DNA from: an uncultured Eubacteriales bacterium
GTDB taxonomy: Bacteria; Bacillota; Clostridia; Christensenellales; CAG-1252
Assembly (NCBI GenBank): GCA_902797685.1
Contig: CADBTQ010000089.1
Location: 2,187-66,186, forward strand
Direction: 5' to 3'
DNA: 64,000 nt
Of this stretch, positions 50,060 through 58,634 are shown one piece after another (within the stretch, counting starts at the first letter, position 1; every line of letters starts with the position of its first letter). The notes under the pieces were generated by a model. The model saw only the letters and a program-made list of their open reading frames with translations, was not told the origin of the DNA and did not search any database. The position numbers and the translations under genes are program-made.

Positions 50060-50123
50060 ACGTTACTCCTTGTCTCTTTATCCAAGCGCCGAGACAGTGC
50101 GCAAGTATATACACGCGTGTGCG

Positions 50124-50141
50124 TGATACAGTTTCTGTATA
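50124..50141. promoter_or_regulatory. Operator-like palindrome (T)GATACA-GTTTC-TGTATA(A), ~65 nt upstream of the giant-gene ATG
   Basis: Same TATACA-N5-TGTATA architecture as the two sites at 51041-51057 and 51118-51136. Confidence 0.45.
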
Positions 50142-50264
50142 AAGAATAATACAAGGGGCGGCAAAAATCAACACAAAGTGTATAATTTTCATCTACTTTT
50201 CACCATTCTTATCCCGTGGGAAATGTAGATTAAATTTTGTTAATACATCAAAACGGTACAAACA

Positions 50265-50865
50265 GACCCGTCATTCTGAGGGGATTTACTCCCCGAAGAA
50301 TCTCATCCGCATTTCCATCGTCATACCGAGTGAGCGAAGCGAGTCGAGCGTATCTCATCCGTATAAGCGTCCCTTGTTAAAGGGAAGAAGGCCGCTCGCG
50401 GCGAAGGGATTTTGCGTGAGCCGTCATTCTGAGCGAAACACCGTAGGTGTGAAGTCGAAGAATCTCTAGGGCTATGCTACCTTTGCGAGTGCCTTTACCC
50501 CGCTTGAGTGCTGTCCTTGAGATTCCTCCACGCGCTCGTCCCTCGCTTGGTCGGAATGACATTGGTAAGTGGGGTATAGTCTCGTCATACCGACCGCAGT
50601 ATCGCTTGCGATACGAAGTGGAGCGTATCTCATCCGCTTTTTCATCGTCATACCGGTCGATTGTCCGAAAGCACAACGTGCTGATGGCGCAACGGCGCAA
50701 CCGTAGTGGGAAATAGAACTTAGATTCGCTCGACTTCGGACTTCGTCCTGCGCTCGGAATGACGGTCAATACATCCATCGTCATACCGACCAAGGCATTT
50801 GTGCCGCGTGGAGCGTATCTCATCCGCTTTTTCATCGTCATACCAGTCTATTGCCCGAAATGACT
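50265..50865. repeat. Array of ~10 degenerate REP-like units in both orientations
   Basis: Cores are cgtcat(t/a)c(t/c)ga(g/c) at 50269, 50319, 50422, 50583, 50646, 50779 and 50836, inverted at 50551 and 50753. Partners are gaagaatctc and gagcgtatctcatccgc (50346, 50621, 50811). A 37-nt duplication occurs at 50618-50654 and 50808-50844. Confidence 0.8.
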
Positions 50866-50911
50866 TATACCACAAAAACTCGTGCAATATGCCACTTTTT
50901 TAAAAAAACAC

Positions 50912-50950
50912 CGACAAAAAAAGCGCTCGGACGGAAACCGAGGAGCGCGC
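50912..50950 (-). terminator. Orphan minus-strand terminator-like hairpin
   Basis: The minus strand reads gcgcgctcctcgg-tttccgt-ccgagcgc followed by TTTTTTTT. No ORF is assigned upstream of it. Confidence 0.35.
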
Positions 50951-51040
50951 GATTTGCTCATACGTTTATGTATGCTTTTAACCCTTTACCCCTCATCTCT
51001 CACCAAACAAACCCCTAGACGAGGGTCACGTCGTCCGTTT

Positions 51041-51136
51041 TATACACTTACTGTATATATCGACGCCCTATTGTTTTCGTCCTTCTTTGCGTAATGCAAG
51101 AGCGAAGGACGTATTGGATATACAGTTAGTGTATAT
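51041..51136. promoter_or_regulatory. Nested ~96-nt inverted repeat whose two arms are each a TATACA-N5-TGTATA palindrome
   Basis: Left arm is TATACA-CTTAC-TGTATA (51041-51057). Right arm is ATATACA-GTTAG-TGTATAT (51118-51136). An inner hairpin cgtccttc/gaaggacg lies at 51078-51111. Confidence 0.55.
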
Positions 51137-51282
51137 TCCCCTCCACTTTTTCTCTTTGTCTCTCGCCTTCAAACGCGTTTGGGGCAATGCAACGGTTAGC
51201 TTGCGCACGGTGGGTATGATCGATACAACAAGGTGATCGGTGCATATTGCACCACACCCTATCCGTATAGCGCCACGCCATA

Positions 51283-51316
51283 CAAAAACCCCTCTCGTGC
51301 GGAACTTGAGGGGTTT
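51283..51316 (-). terminator. Rho-independent terminator of the starch/ABC operon
   Basis: The minus strand reads cccctc-aagttccgcacga-gagggg followed by TTTTTG, 33 nt after the stop of the ATPase gene. Confidence 0.65.
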
Positions 51317-51348
51317 GCGAATGATTTGACGATACGGGGTGATACCGC

Positions 51349-53376
51349 TTAGATGATGCGGATGCCGCGATCGGCTTCCACGATACCGACTGCCGACACG
51401 TCCAAGGCAAGGAACACCGAGTCGCCCGCCGACACGTTGTCGCCCTCGCGCAAGTACACGTTGACGATCTTGTCGCCGACCTTGCACACGGCAAAGGATT
51501 CGGCGCCGTAATCGACGATAGAGTCAATCACGGCCGAGATACCGTCCTCCGCCAATTTGACCGAATACGGGTCAAAATCGACGTCCAAACGGATATCGAA
51601 CGCTTTGCGACCCGCGGCGTTGAACAGTTTTTGTTGCACGTACTCGGTGCAATAGAAGATCTTGCCCTCCACGTTGATACCGAAGTTGAAGTCCTTTTTG
51701 CCGGTGCGCTCCTTGTCCATCTTGGCGGACAGCACGTTAAAGAGGTTAAGAGCGGGCAACTCCTCGCCGCCGGCAACGGATACCTTTTTCCAGTCGATGT
51801 CCGTGTTGATCTTTTTGAGGTCGTCACGGAAGTCCTGATTGCCGATGGCAAACACGGGTGCACCGCCGAAGTCGAAGCGCAACAGTTTGGTCTTGCCGAT
51901 GGTCTCGACGCCCTTGACCTCTACGCTAAGAGCGCCGCCCGGCACCTCGTGCGCAAATTCGGAATGCGGCAAGGGGCAGATCGCGCCGACAAAGGCTTTT
52001 TTGCGGTACTTCTCGGGCACTTCGTCAAAGGGAACGGTGTGTTTGGGATCGCCCTCGGCGATCTCCTCGTTTGCCCCTTGTCCGTCAAAACGGAAGGCGT
52101 CCGAAGGAATGGCGAATTGATACTCGCCGTCCGAGAGGGCGAGCGCCTTAGGCAGGTCGAACTTGATCCCGCCGAAGTCCACTTTGCCGCCCTTGACCTT
52201 GCCTTGGAGCAGGTTGACGGCGGGCACTCTGGGCATGATGCTGACCTCGGTGTCGTGGTCGAACAGGTGGATGCGGGTGGGATCCAACGCCACTTTGATT
52301 GGTTGATCGACCGAAAGTTGGATGCGGGGGTCGACTTTGAGCACCAAGCGGGTGCCGCTGTCCGAAATGCTGTCGCTGTTGGGGTCCAATTCGCAGTACA
52401 CGATGGACTCGGAGCCCAACGCCTCGATGATACCCACCGAGGTATCCAAAGCGGTCTTGGGATGGGCGGCGACGAACTCGTCGTCGTAGTGCACGTCCTC
52501 GGGACGAATGCCCAACGTGACGACGGTCTCCCCGTCAAAATACTTACTTTGCGCCTTGACCAAGCACTCGGCGGGCACCAACACCTTGCGGTCGTTGGCA
52601 AAGGTGATCTCCACCTCGTCTCCCACCTTGCGCAAAGTCGCGTCGAAGAAGTTCATCTGCGGGGTGCCGATAAAGCCCGCCACGAACTTGTTGCCGGGAT
52701 AGTCGTACAGGTTTTTGGGAGTGTCGATCTGTTGCACCACGCCCAACTTCATGACCACGATACGGGTACCCATCGTCATGGCTTCCACTTGGTCGTGGGT
52801 GACGTAGATAAAGGTGGTGGCGAGTTGCTTGTGCAGTTTGCTGATCTCGGTACGCATTTGCGCGCGCAATTTGGCGTCCAAGTTGGACAAAGGCTCGTCC
52901 AACAAAAACACCTTGGGGCTACGCACGATGGCGCGGCCTAAGGACACACGTTGACGTTGACCGCCCGACAGAGCGCGGGGCTTGCGGTCGAGGAATTGGG
53001 CGATGTCCAACTTTTTGGCGGCTTCGTCCACGCGCGCCATGATCTCCTCTTCGGAGAGGTCTTTGCGCAATCTCAGTGCAAACGCCATATTTTCGCGCAC
53101 GGTCATGTGGGGATAGAGAGCGTAGTTTTGGAATACCATGGCGATGTTGCGATCCTTGGGCTCCACGTCGTTGACGACTTCGTCCCCGATCATCAATTCG
53201 CCCGCGGTGATCTCTTCGAGCCCTGCGATCATGCGGAGGGTGGTGGACTTGCCGCAACCGGAGGGACCGACGAACACGATAAACTCTTTGTCCTCGATCT
53301 CCATGCAGAAGTCGTTGACGGCTTTGACGCCGCCGTCGTAAACCTTGTAAATGTGTTTCAAACTCAAACTTGCCAT
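51349..53376 (-). CDS. MalK/MsmX-type sugar ABC transporter ATPase with a ~295-aa C-terminal extension (675 aa)
   Basis: Walker [10 protein letters not shown], signature LSGGQRQR, Walker [13 protein letters not shown]-loop VTHDQ. The MalK-like regulatory domain ends near ...[15 protein letters not shown] (aa ~380), and a further 295 aa follow. Confidence 0.9.
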   Translation of the reverse strand: MASLSLKHIYKVYDGGVKAVNDFCMEIEDKEFIVFVGPSGCGKSTTLRMIAGLEEITAGELMIGDEVVNDVEPKDRNIAMVFQNYALYPHMTVRENMAFALRLRKDLSEEEIMARVDEAAKKLDIAQFLDRKPRALSGGQRQRVSLGRAIVRSPKVFLLDEPLSNLDAKLRAQMRTEISKLHKQLATTFIYVTHDQVEAMTMGTRIVVMKLGVVQQIDTPKNLYDYPGNKFVAGFIGTPQMNFFDATLRKVGDEVEITFANDRKVLVPAECLVKAQSKYFDGETVVTLGIRPEDVHYDDEFVAAHPKTALDTSVGIIEALGSESIVYCELDPNSDSISDSGTRLVLKVDPRIQLSVDQPIKVALDPTRIHLFDHDTEVSIMPRVPAVNLLQGKVKGGKVDFGGIKFDLPKALALSDGEYQFAIPSDAFRFDGQGANEEIAEGDPKHTVPFDEVPEKYRKKAFVGAICPLPHSEFAHEVPGGALSVEVKGVETIGKTKLLRFDFGGAPVFAIGNQDFRDDLKKINTDIDWKKVSVAGGEELPALNLFNVLSAKMDKERTGKKDFNFGINVEGKIFYCTEYVQQKLFNAAGRKAFDIRLDVDFDPYSVKLAEDGISAVIDSIVDYGAESFAVCKVGDKIVNVYLREGDNVSAGDSVFLALDVSAVGIVEADRGIRII

Positions 53377-53391
53377 AATAATACCTCTCTA

Positions 53392-56247
53392 TTATTGAAC
53401 CAAAATGTATGCGCTGTAAGCGGGCAACGTAAAGGTGCCGCTGACTGTGTTTGTACTATCGAAATCGAAGCCGGCTTGGGAAGCGATCACCCGCCAAGTA
53501 CCCGACAGGGGGTTGCCGTCCACCGCACTCAGATCGATATCCATCGAATAGCCGTAGGGGTTGAGGACGACGGTCACTTTGTTGTACTCGTCGGACGCGA
53601 TCTCTTTGCCGAAGGTGTACACCAAACAGCCGTAGAAATCCCCCGTGGTCGCCTGCCCCGATCCTTTGGCGATGGACGTAAAGCGACGGGTGCGCAACTC
53701 GATCAAGCCCTTATACCAATCGCAAAGGGACTTAAACTCCTCTTGGCGCTGATAGTCGATGGCGTTGATCTTGTCTTGGGCGTTGTAGCTGTTGTGGTTG
53801 CCCACCTTGGTACGAGCCATCTCCTCTCCCGCCAAAATGAACGCCGTACCCTTGCTGGTGAGGGTCAGGGTCGCCGCCAACATATTTTTGCGTTCGATCA
53901 CCGCGTTGCGCTCGCTGTAAATGGTGGGCGACTTGTCGGACACGGTGGTGTTGATCAACTGATCCCACAAAGTGTAGTTGTCGTGCGAGGTGGTGTAGGT
54001 GATGGTGTGCGAGGGGCTGGTGGACACCACGCCGTCCCCCGAGTAATTGAGGAACAAGCCGTTGATACCCGCTTTGACTCGGTTGAGGTTGCCCTCTACC
54101 GCGCCTTGCACGTAACCGACACCCCCGTCGTTGTTGCCCTTGATGCCCTCGCGCATACGGTCGTTGAACGCCGCCACGCGGCTATCCAACGCGTTGAGGT
54201 TGTCGGACGAGGCGCTGATCTCCCCGGTGTGAGGATCGAGACCCAACGCGCCCGCCGCCCAAGGCTCGCCGTACACCAAGATCCCCTGTCCACCGGGCAG
54301 TTGATCCAAGGCGTGGCGAACGGCGTTGATAGTGGTCACGTCGTGGATCGCCATCAAATCGAAGCGGAAGCCGTCCACGTGGTATTCGCTCGCCCAGTAG
54401 CTTAGCGAATCGATCATGTATTTGCGGTACATGGCGCGCTCGGAAGCGGTCTCGTTGGAACAGCCCGAGCCGTCGGACAGATTGTAGGCGCCCAAGGCGT
54501 TGACCGTCCAACTGTTGTAGCCGAAGCTGCCCAAGTCGGAAGACAAGGCTTGGCGGTAGTAGTAGCCGGGCACCGTCTTTTCGAAGTAGCTGTCGGCGGT
54601 GTAGGTGTGGTTGTACACCACGTCCATGATCACGCCGATGCCCGCTTGGTGCAAGGCTTGCACCATCTGCTTGAACTCGTTGATACGCACTTCCCCGTGC
54701 TCGGCGTCGGTGGCGTAGCTACCTTCGGGCACGTTGTAGTTTTTGGGGTCGTATCCCCAGTTTTGCTTGGTGGTGTAGTCGGTGTTGTTGATGTACTCCT
54801 CGTCCACGGTCGAAAAGTCGTACACGGGGTTGAGATGCACGTAATTGACGCCCAACTCTTTGAGATAGGCGATACCCGAGCGAAGGGTGTCCGACCCCTT
54901 GACGTAAGCGTCGTCCTCGGTAAAGGCAAGGTATTTGCCCTTGTAGGTCAAACCGCTGTCGGGCGAGATGGAGAAGTCGCGCACGTGGATCTCCCAAATC
55001 ACCCCGATACCGCTGTTGTTTTGACGGATAGAGGTGGCGGTAGCAAGGTCGGCGTCCCAACCCGCGGGGTCGGTGGAGTCGAGGTCGCACACCATGGCGC
55101 GATTGCCGTTGACGCCCACCGCGTTGGCGTACACGTCCACCGTCTCGATGGCGTCCCCGCCCACGTAGTTGGTATAGGTGTAATAGGTGCCGTGCAAGTC
55201 ACCATCGACTTTGGCTTCCCATACGCCTTTGGCGGAGCGGGTCATCGCCACCGCGGGACGGGCGAGGGTGTTGTCCAACTCGTTGCCCGAGCGATAGAAG
55301 TTGACGACTACGTTGGTGGACACGGGAGCCCACACGCGGAAGGTGGTCGCACCCCTCGTATAGATCGCGCCCAGTTGCAACGACGAATCGGGAGTGCATT
55401 CACTCTTAAACTTGTCCGAGAGATACAATCTCGTTTTGGTCGCCGCCGTGCGGAAGGGGGACACGTCCTCGATAAGGACTTGGTAGTCGGCGTTCCAATC
55501 GAACGAATTGCCAAGCCCCAGCCCCGTGATCTTGCCGTTTAGCCCGCCGTTCCAAGTCTCGGACACGTGAAGATCAGCCTTAAACAACTCTCCGTCCGGG
55601 TTGGCGACGGCGTCGGTGACCTTGTAGATATCGATATTGGTGGTCGAATCGATGGCTTTGGTGGTCTGCAAAAGCAGGGTGTCAAAGTCGTCGAAATTGG
55701 CGGACTCAATCCGCTCGAACGCGCTCTTGGCGGACGATAACGAGGTGTAATTGTTTTTGTCGCCCGCGATGATCCAAACGTGGTACTCGTTGTTGGAGTC
55801 GAACTGCACGTCCAAATAGCGGTCGCTCGAGAGGTCTTTGCCGGTGTTGTTGTTCCAATACGGGGTGAGATAGCCCAACTCGTCCACGTACGAGCGCACC
55901 ATGATCAAACCCAGTTTTTTGCCCTGTTGACACGCTTTGGTCTCGGAAGCGTTGAGGTTGATCTTGAAGATCTTGCCCGTGTTGACGACCCCGTCCACCT
56001 CGCGGGCGAACTCGGCGTCGTCGCCCATGGCGGCGGTGACCCTACCCGTGTCGATCCAGTAGTACGAGCCCCACACGACGTCCTTTTTGCCCGCCCACTC
56101 GCTCCAAGCGTACTCGCCCGAGCCGTTGTAGAAGTGGACGTACACCACGCCGTTTTCTTCGGCGTTGACGGTGGTGACCAAGGACACGGCGGTCAAGCTC
56201 ACGAGCAGAGCGACGATCATCAAAATGACTGTCAGTTTGCGTTTCAT
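53392..56247 (-). CDS. pulA: Secreted type I pullulanase (GH13)
   Basis: Signal peptide ...TTVNA/EE. Has the NWGYDPKNY signature and the GH13 conserved regions VIMDVVYNHT, DGFRFDLMA, YGEPWA and YTTSHDN. Confidence 0.9.
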   Translation of the reverse strand: MKRKLTVILMIVALLVSLTAVSLVTTVNAEENGVVYVHFYNGSGEYAWSEWAGKKDVVWGSYYWIDTGRVTAAMGDDAEFAREVDGVVNTGKIFKINLNASETKACQQGKKLGLIMVRSYVDELGYLTPYWNNNTGKDLSSDRYLDVQFDSNNEYHVWIIAGDKNNYTSLSSAKSAFERIESANFDDFDTLLLQTTKAIDSTTNIDIYKVTDAVANPDGELFKADLHVSETWNGGLNGKITGLGLGNSFDWNADYQVLIEDVSPFRTAATKTRLYLSDKFKSECTPDSSLQLGAIYTRGATTFRVWAPVSTNVVVNFYRSGNELDNTLARPAVAMTRSAKGVWEAKVDGDLHGTYYTYTNYVGGDAIETVDVYANAVGVNGNRAMVCDLDSTDPAGWDADLATATSIRQNNSGIGVIWEIHVRDFSISPDSGLTYKGKYLAFTEDDAYVKGSDTLRSGIAYLKELGVNYVHLNPVYDFSTVDEEYINNTDYTTKQNWGYDPKNYNVPEGSYATDAEHGEVRINEFKQMVQALHQAGIGVIMDVVYNHTYTADSYFEKTVPGYYYRQALSSDLGSFGYNSWTVNALGAYNLSDGSGCSNETASERAMYRKYMIDSLSYWASEYHVDGFRFDLMAIHDVTTINAVRHALDQLPGGQGILVYGEPWAAGALGLDPHTGEISASSDNLNALDSRVAAFNDRMREGIKGNNDGGVGYVQGAVEGNLNRVKAGINGLFLNYSGDGVVSTSPSHTITYTTSHDNYTLWDQLINTTVSDKSPTIYSERNAVIERKNMLAATLTLTSKGTAFILAGEEMARTKVGNHNSYNAQDKINAIDYQRQEEFKSLCDWYKGLIELRTRRFTSIAKGSGQATTGDFYGCLVYTFGKEIASDEYNKVTVVLNPYGYSMDIDLSAVDGNPLSGTWRVIASQAGFDFDSTNTVSGTFTLPAYSAYILVQ

Positions 56248-56257
56248 CTCTACCTCC

Positions 56258-57145
56258 TTAGCCCTTGACCGCGCCGCCGGTGATACCTTCGACGAAGAAG
56301 CGTTGCAGACCCAAGAACAGTGCGGTGATGGGTACCGCCACGATCACGGCGCCCGCCATAAAGGTGTTGTAGTACAACTCGGGGTCTTTGGTGATCATGC
56401 GGTACAAGCCGACCGCCACCGTCCAAGCGGCGGTCTCGTTGCCCAAGAGGTAACTCGAAAAGATGAAGTCGCCCCAGGGACCCAAAAAGCTCATCAGGGC
56501 GGTGTACACGATGATAGGCTTACTGAGTGGCAGGATCACCTTGAAAAACACCTGCGAGTTGGTGGCGCCGTCGATACGAGCGGCTTCGTCCAGCGATTTG
56601 CTCACCGTGTCGAAAAAGCCCTTGGATACGTAGTAGTTGAGACCCGCCGAGCCCGAATAGACGAGGATAAGCGCGATCAACATCTTCCACCAAGCGACGT
56701 CGCCCGCCATGCCGAGGGACTTGAAGATGTAGTAGATGGCAGCCATGGACATAAAGCCGGGGAACATACCCAAGATCATGCCCAACGATTGCAACTTTTT
56801 GCGCCCCTTAAAGCGGTAACGGCTCATGACGTACGCCATGGCGATGGTGAAGAAGGTGGACAACACCAAGCAGATCAAGGCGATCACCAAGGTGTTGAGG
56901 AACCATCTCCAGAAAGGATAGGTCTCGTTGGTAAACAATTCGGCGTACCAATGGAAACTGAAACTCGTGGGGAACAATTTGCCCTTGGAGCCTTCGGGAC
57001 CCGCGAACGACTGAATGATCATCCAGATCAAAGGTATGATCCAAATGATCGACAATACGGTCAGCGCGGTATAAGCGGTCGTCTTGCTGATCGCCTTTTT
57101 GCGTTTGATACTTGAGGTTTTCTTCGTACTGACTAATTGGCTCAT
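56258..57145 (-). CDS. Maltodextrin-type ABC permease (MalG-like)
   Basis: Six predicted TM segments and an EAA-type loop LDEAARIDGATNSQVFFKVILP. Its start overlaps the upstream stop by 1 nt (TAATG). Confidence 0.85.
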   Translation of the reverse strand: MSQLVSTKKTSSIKRKKAISKTTAYTALTVLSIIWIIPLIWMIIQSFAGPEGSKGKLFPTSFSFHWYAELFTNETYPFWRWFLNTLVIALICLVLSTFFTIAMAYVMSRYRFKGRKKLQSLGMILGMFPGFMSMAAIYYIFKSLGMAGDVAWWKMLIALILVYSGSAGLNYYVSKGFFDTVSKSLDEAARIDGATNSQVFFKVILPLSKPIIVYTALMSFLGPWGDFIFSSYLLGNETAAWTVAVGLYRMITKDPELYYNTFMAGAVIVAVPITALFLGLQRFFVEGITGGAVKG

Positions 57146-58623
57146 TATTGGAAGTCCTCCTCATTTTTGCTAGCGGAGCTGTGACGATAGGTCAACAGCG
57201 ACACCACGGCGCTGACTACAAAGGTCAAGATACCCAAAGTGGACGCCAACTTGTAGTTTTGGCTATCCAAGGTCATGGAGTACAGCCAGGTGACGAGTAG
57301 CGAAGTACCGCCCGCGCCGTCCGACAAACCCGCCTGACCGAAGGGGCCGCCGCCGGTGAGCAGGTAGATGATGTTGAAGTTGTTGATATTGCCGATGAAT
57401 TGGGTGATGAGGTAAGGACCCGTGACGAACATGATGTAAGGCAAGGTGATCTTGCGGAACATGGTCAGTTTGCCCGCGCCGTCGATACGAGCGGACTCGT
57501 ACAAGTCGGCGGGAATGTTCATCAAAATACCCGAAGTGATCAGCATAGAGTACGGAATACCCACCCACAAGTTGACGAGAATGACGATAAGCCTCGCGGT
57601 GTGCTTGTTGTTAAACAGGTTGACGGCGTTGCCGCCCGCTTGCCGGACCAACTCCATGATGGGACCGAATTCACCCAACAACTGGCGCATCAGCAAAAGG
57701 GACACGAACTGCGGAATGGCGATGGTCAACACGAAGAAGGTACGCCATATCTTTTGCCCTTTGATGTCCTTTTTGTTGATGAGTAGCGCCAACGCCACCC
57801 CCAAGAAGTAGTTGAGGAAGGTCGCGCACAACGCCCACAATAGAGTCCAACCCAACACCGGGAAGAAGGTGGTGGACAAACCGGTGGTACCCACCAGCGA
57901 GCCGAAGTTTTGGAAGCCCACCCAGTCGAAACCGCCCGTCGCGGTGTGGTCGCGGTCGTAGTTGGTAAAGGCGATCAAGATCATAAAGATCAAAGGCAGG
58001 ACGGTGAAAGCGATGACGCCGATCAAGGCGACGAACAGCAACACCACGTAGAACTTGTTGTCAAACAAGGCTCTCAAATCGTCTTTGAAGGTGGGCAGCT
58101 TGCGCCCCACGATGGAGTTTTCGTACGCTTCGGACGCCGAACGGATGTTGGAGAAATACATCACGAGGAAGCCCGCGATCACGAGGATCGCCACCACGCC
58201 GAACAACAGACACAACATGGAGTCGTCGCCCGCCACGGGCACGGTCTCGTCCGTCCCCACGAAGTGCAGATCGTAGGTAAACGAAGTACCCAAGGTGAAA
58301 AAGCCCCTGATCGCCCCCGCGCCGTTGAATATCATGTAGAAGATAAACAGCAATTCGATGGCGAGGTACGCGATACCCTTGGCGATCTGCTTGCGGGCAA
58401 ACGCGCCCGAGCCCATCACCAAATAGGACATTCTCACGCCCAGATCCCCCTCGCGGAAGATCTTGATGTAGCGCAAAAACCAATCTCTTATGCCTCGCCC
58501 GATATTAAGACAAAGCTTTTTGAGATTTTGGGGCAAGTTGCGGAAGAAAGCGAGGAAGTTTTGCCCAAACTTCTTGCACCATCCCGCAATCTTTGCAAAT
58601 AAAGAATGGAAAAACGCAGTCAT
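57145..58623 (-). CDS. Maltodextrin-type ABC permease (MalF-like)
   Basis: Multi-TM protein with EAA loop YESARIDGAGKLTMFRKITLPY. Confidence 0.85.
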   Translation of the reverse strand: MTAFFHSLFAKIAGWCKKFGQNFLAFFRNLPQNLKKLCLNIGRGIRDWFLRYIKIFREGDLGVRMSYLVMGSGAFARKQIAKGIAYLAIELLFIFYMIFNGAGAIRGFFTLGTSFTYDLHFVGTDETVPVAGDDSMLCLLFGVVAILVIAGFLVMYFSNIRSASEAYENSIVGRKLPTFKDDLRALFDNKFYVVLLFVALIGVIAFTVLPLIFMILIAFTNYDRDHTATGGFDWVGFQNFGSLVGTTGLSTTFFPVLGWTLLWALCATFLNYFLGVALALLINKKDIKGQKIWRTFFVLTIAIPQFVSLLLMRQLLGEFGPIMELVRQAGGNAVNLFNNKHTARLIVILVNLWVGIPYSMLITSGILMNIPADLYESARIDGAGKLTMFRKITLPYIMFVTGPYLITQFIGNINNFNIIYLLTGGGPFGQAGLSDGAGGTSLLVTWLYSMTLDSQNYKLASTLGILTFVVSAVVSLLTYRHSSASKNEEDFQ

Positions 58624-58634
58624 AGTCTACTCTC

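Noticed and set aside
14999-50059. The giant ORF as an NRPS/PKS megasynthase, an RHS/YD toxin or an RTX protein.
   Set aside because: I saw no adenylation, condensation, ketosynthase or thiolation motifs, no YD/RHS repeats or PxxxxDPxGL core, and no GGxGxD nonapeptides. The composition and motifs are those of Ig-like adhesin repeats.
50185-50200. Plus-strand TATAAT (within gtgtataattttc) upstream of the giant gene.
   Set aside because: It points away from the giant gene into the REP array, and no acceptable -35 or downstream gene exists. It is probably a chance match in an AT-rich spacer.
50377-50841. 154-aa minus-strand ORF, plus the 80-aa plus-strand ORF at 50474..50716.
   Set aside because: They are made entirely of REP-like repeat units, which is a known source of spurious ORFs.
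50265-50865. Possible CRISPR array.
   Set aside because: The repeats are degenerate, occur in both orientations and have variable unit length. There are no regular spacers and no cas genes in the window.
51068-51527. Minus-strand ORFs 51068..51487 (139 aa) and 51126..51527 (133 aa).
   Set aside because: They overlap the 3' end and the terminator of the ATPase gene out of frame. They are R/C-rich and have no RBS.
51631-54405. Plus-strand ORFs 51631..52941 (436 aa) and 52951..54405 (484 aa).
   Set aside because: They are antisense to the ABC ATPase and pullulanase genes, both of which carry unambiguous catalytic motifs on the minus strand.
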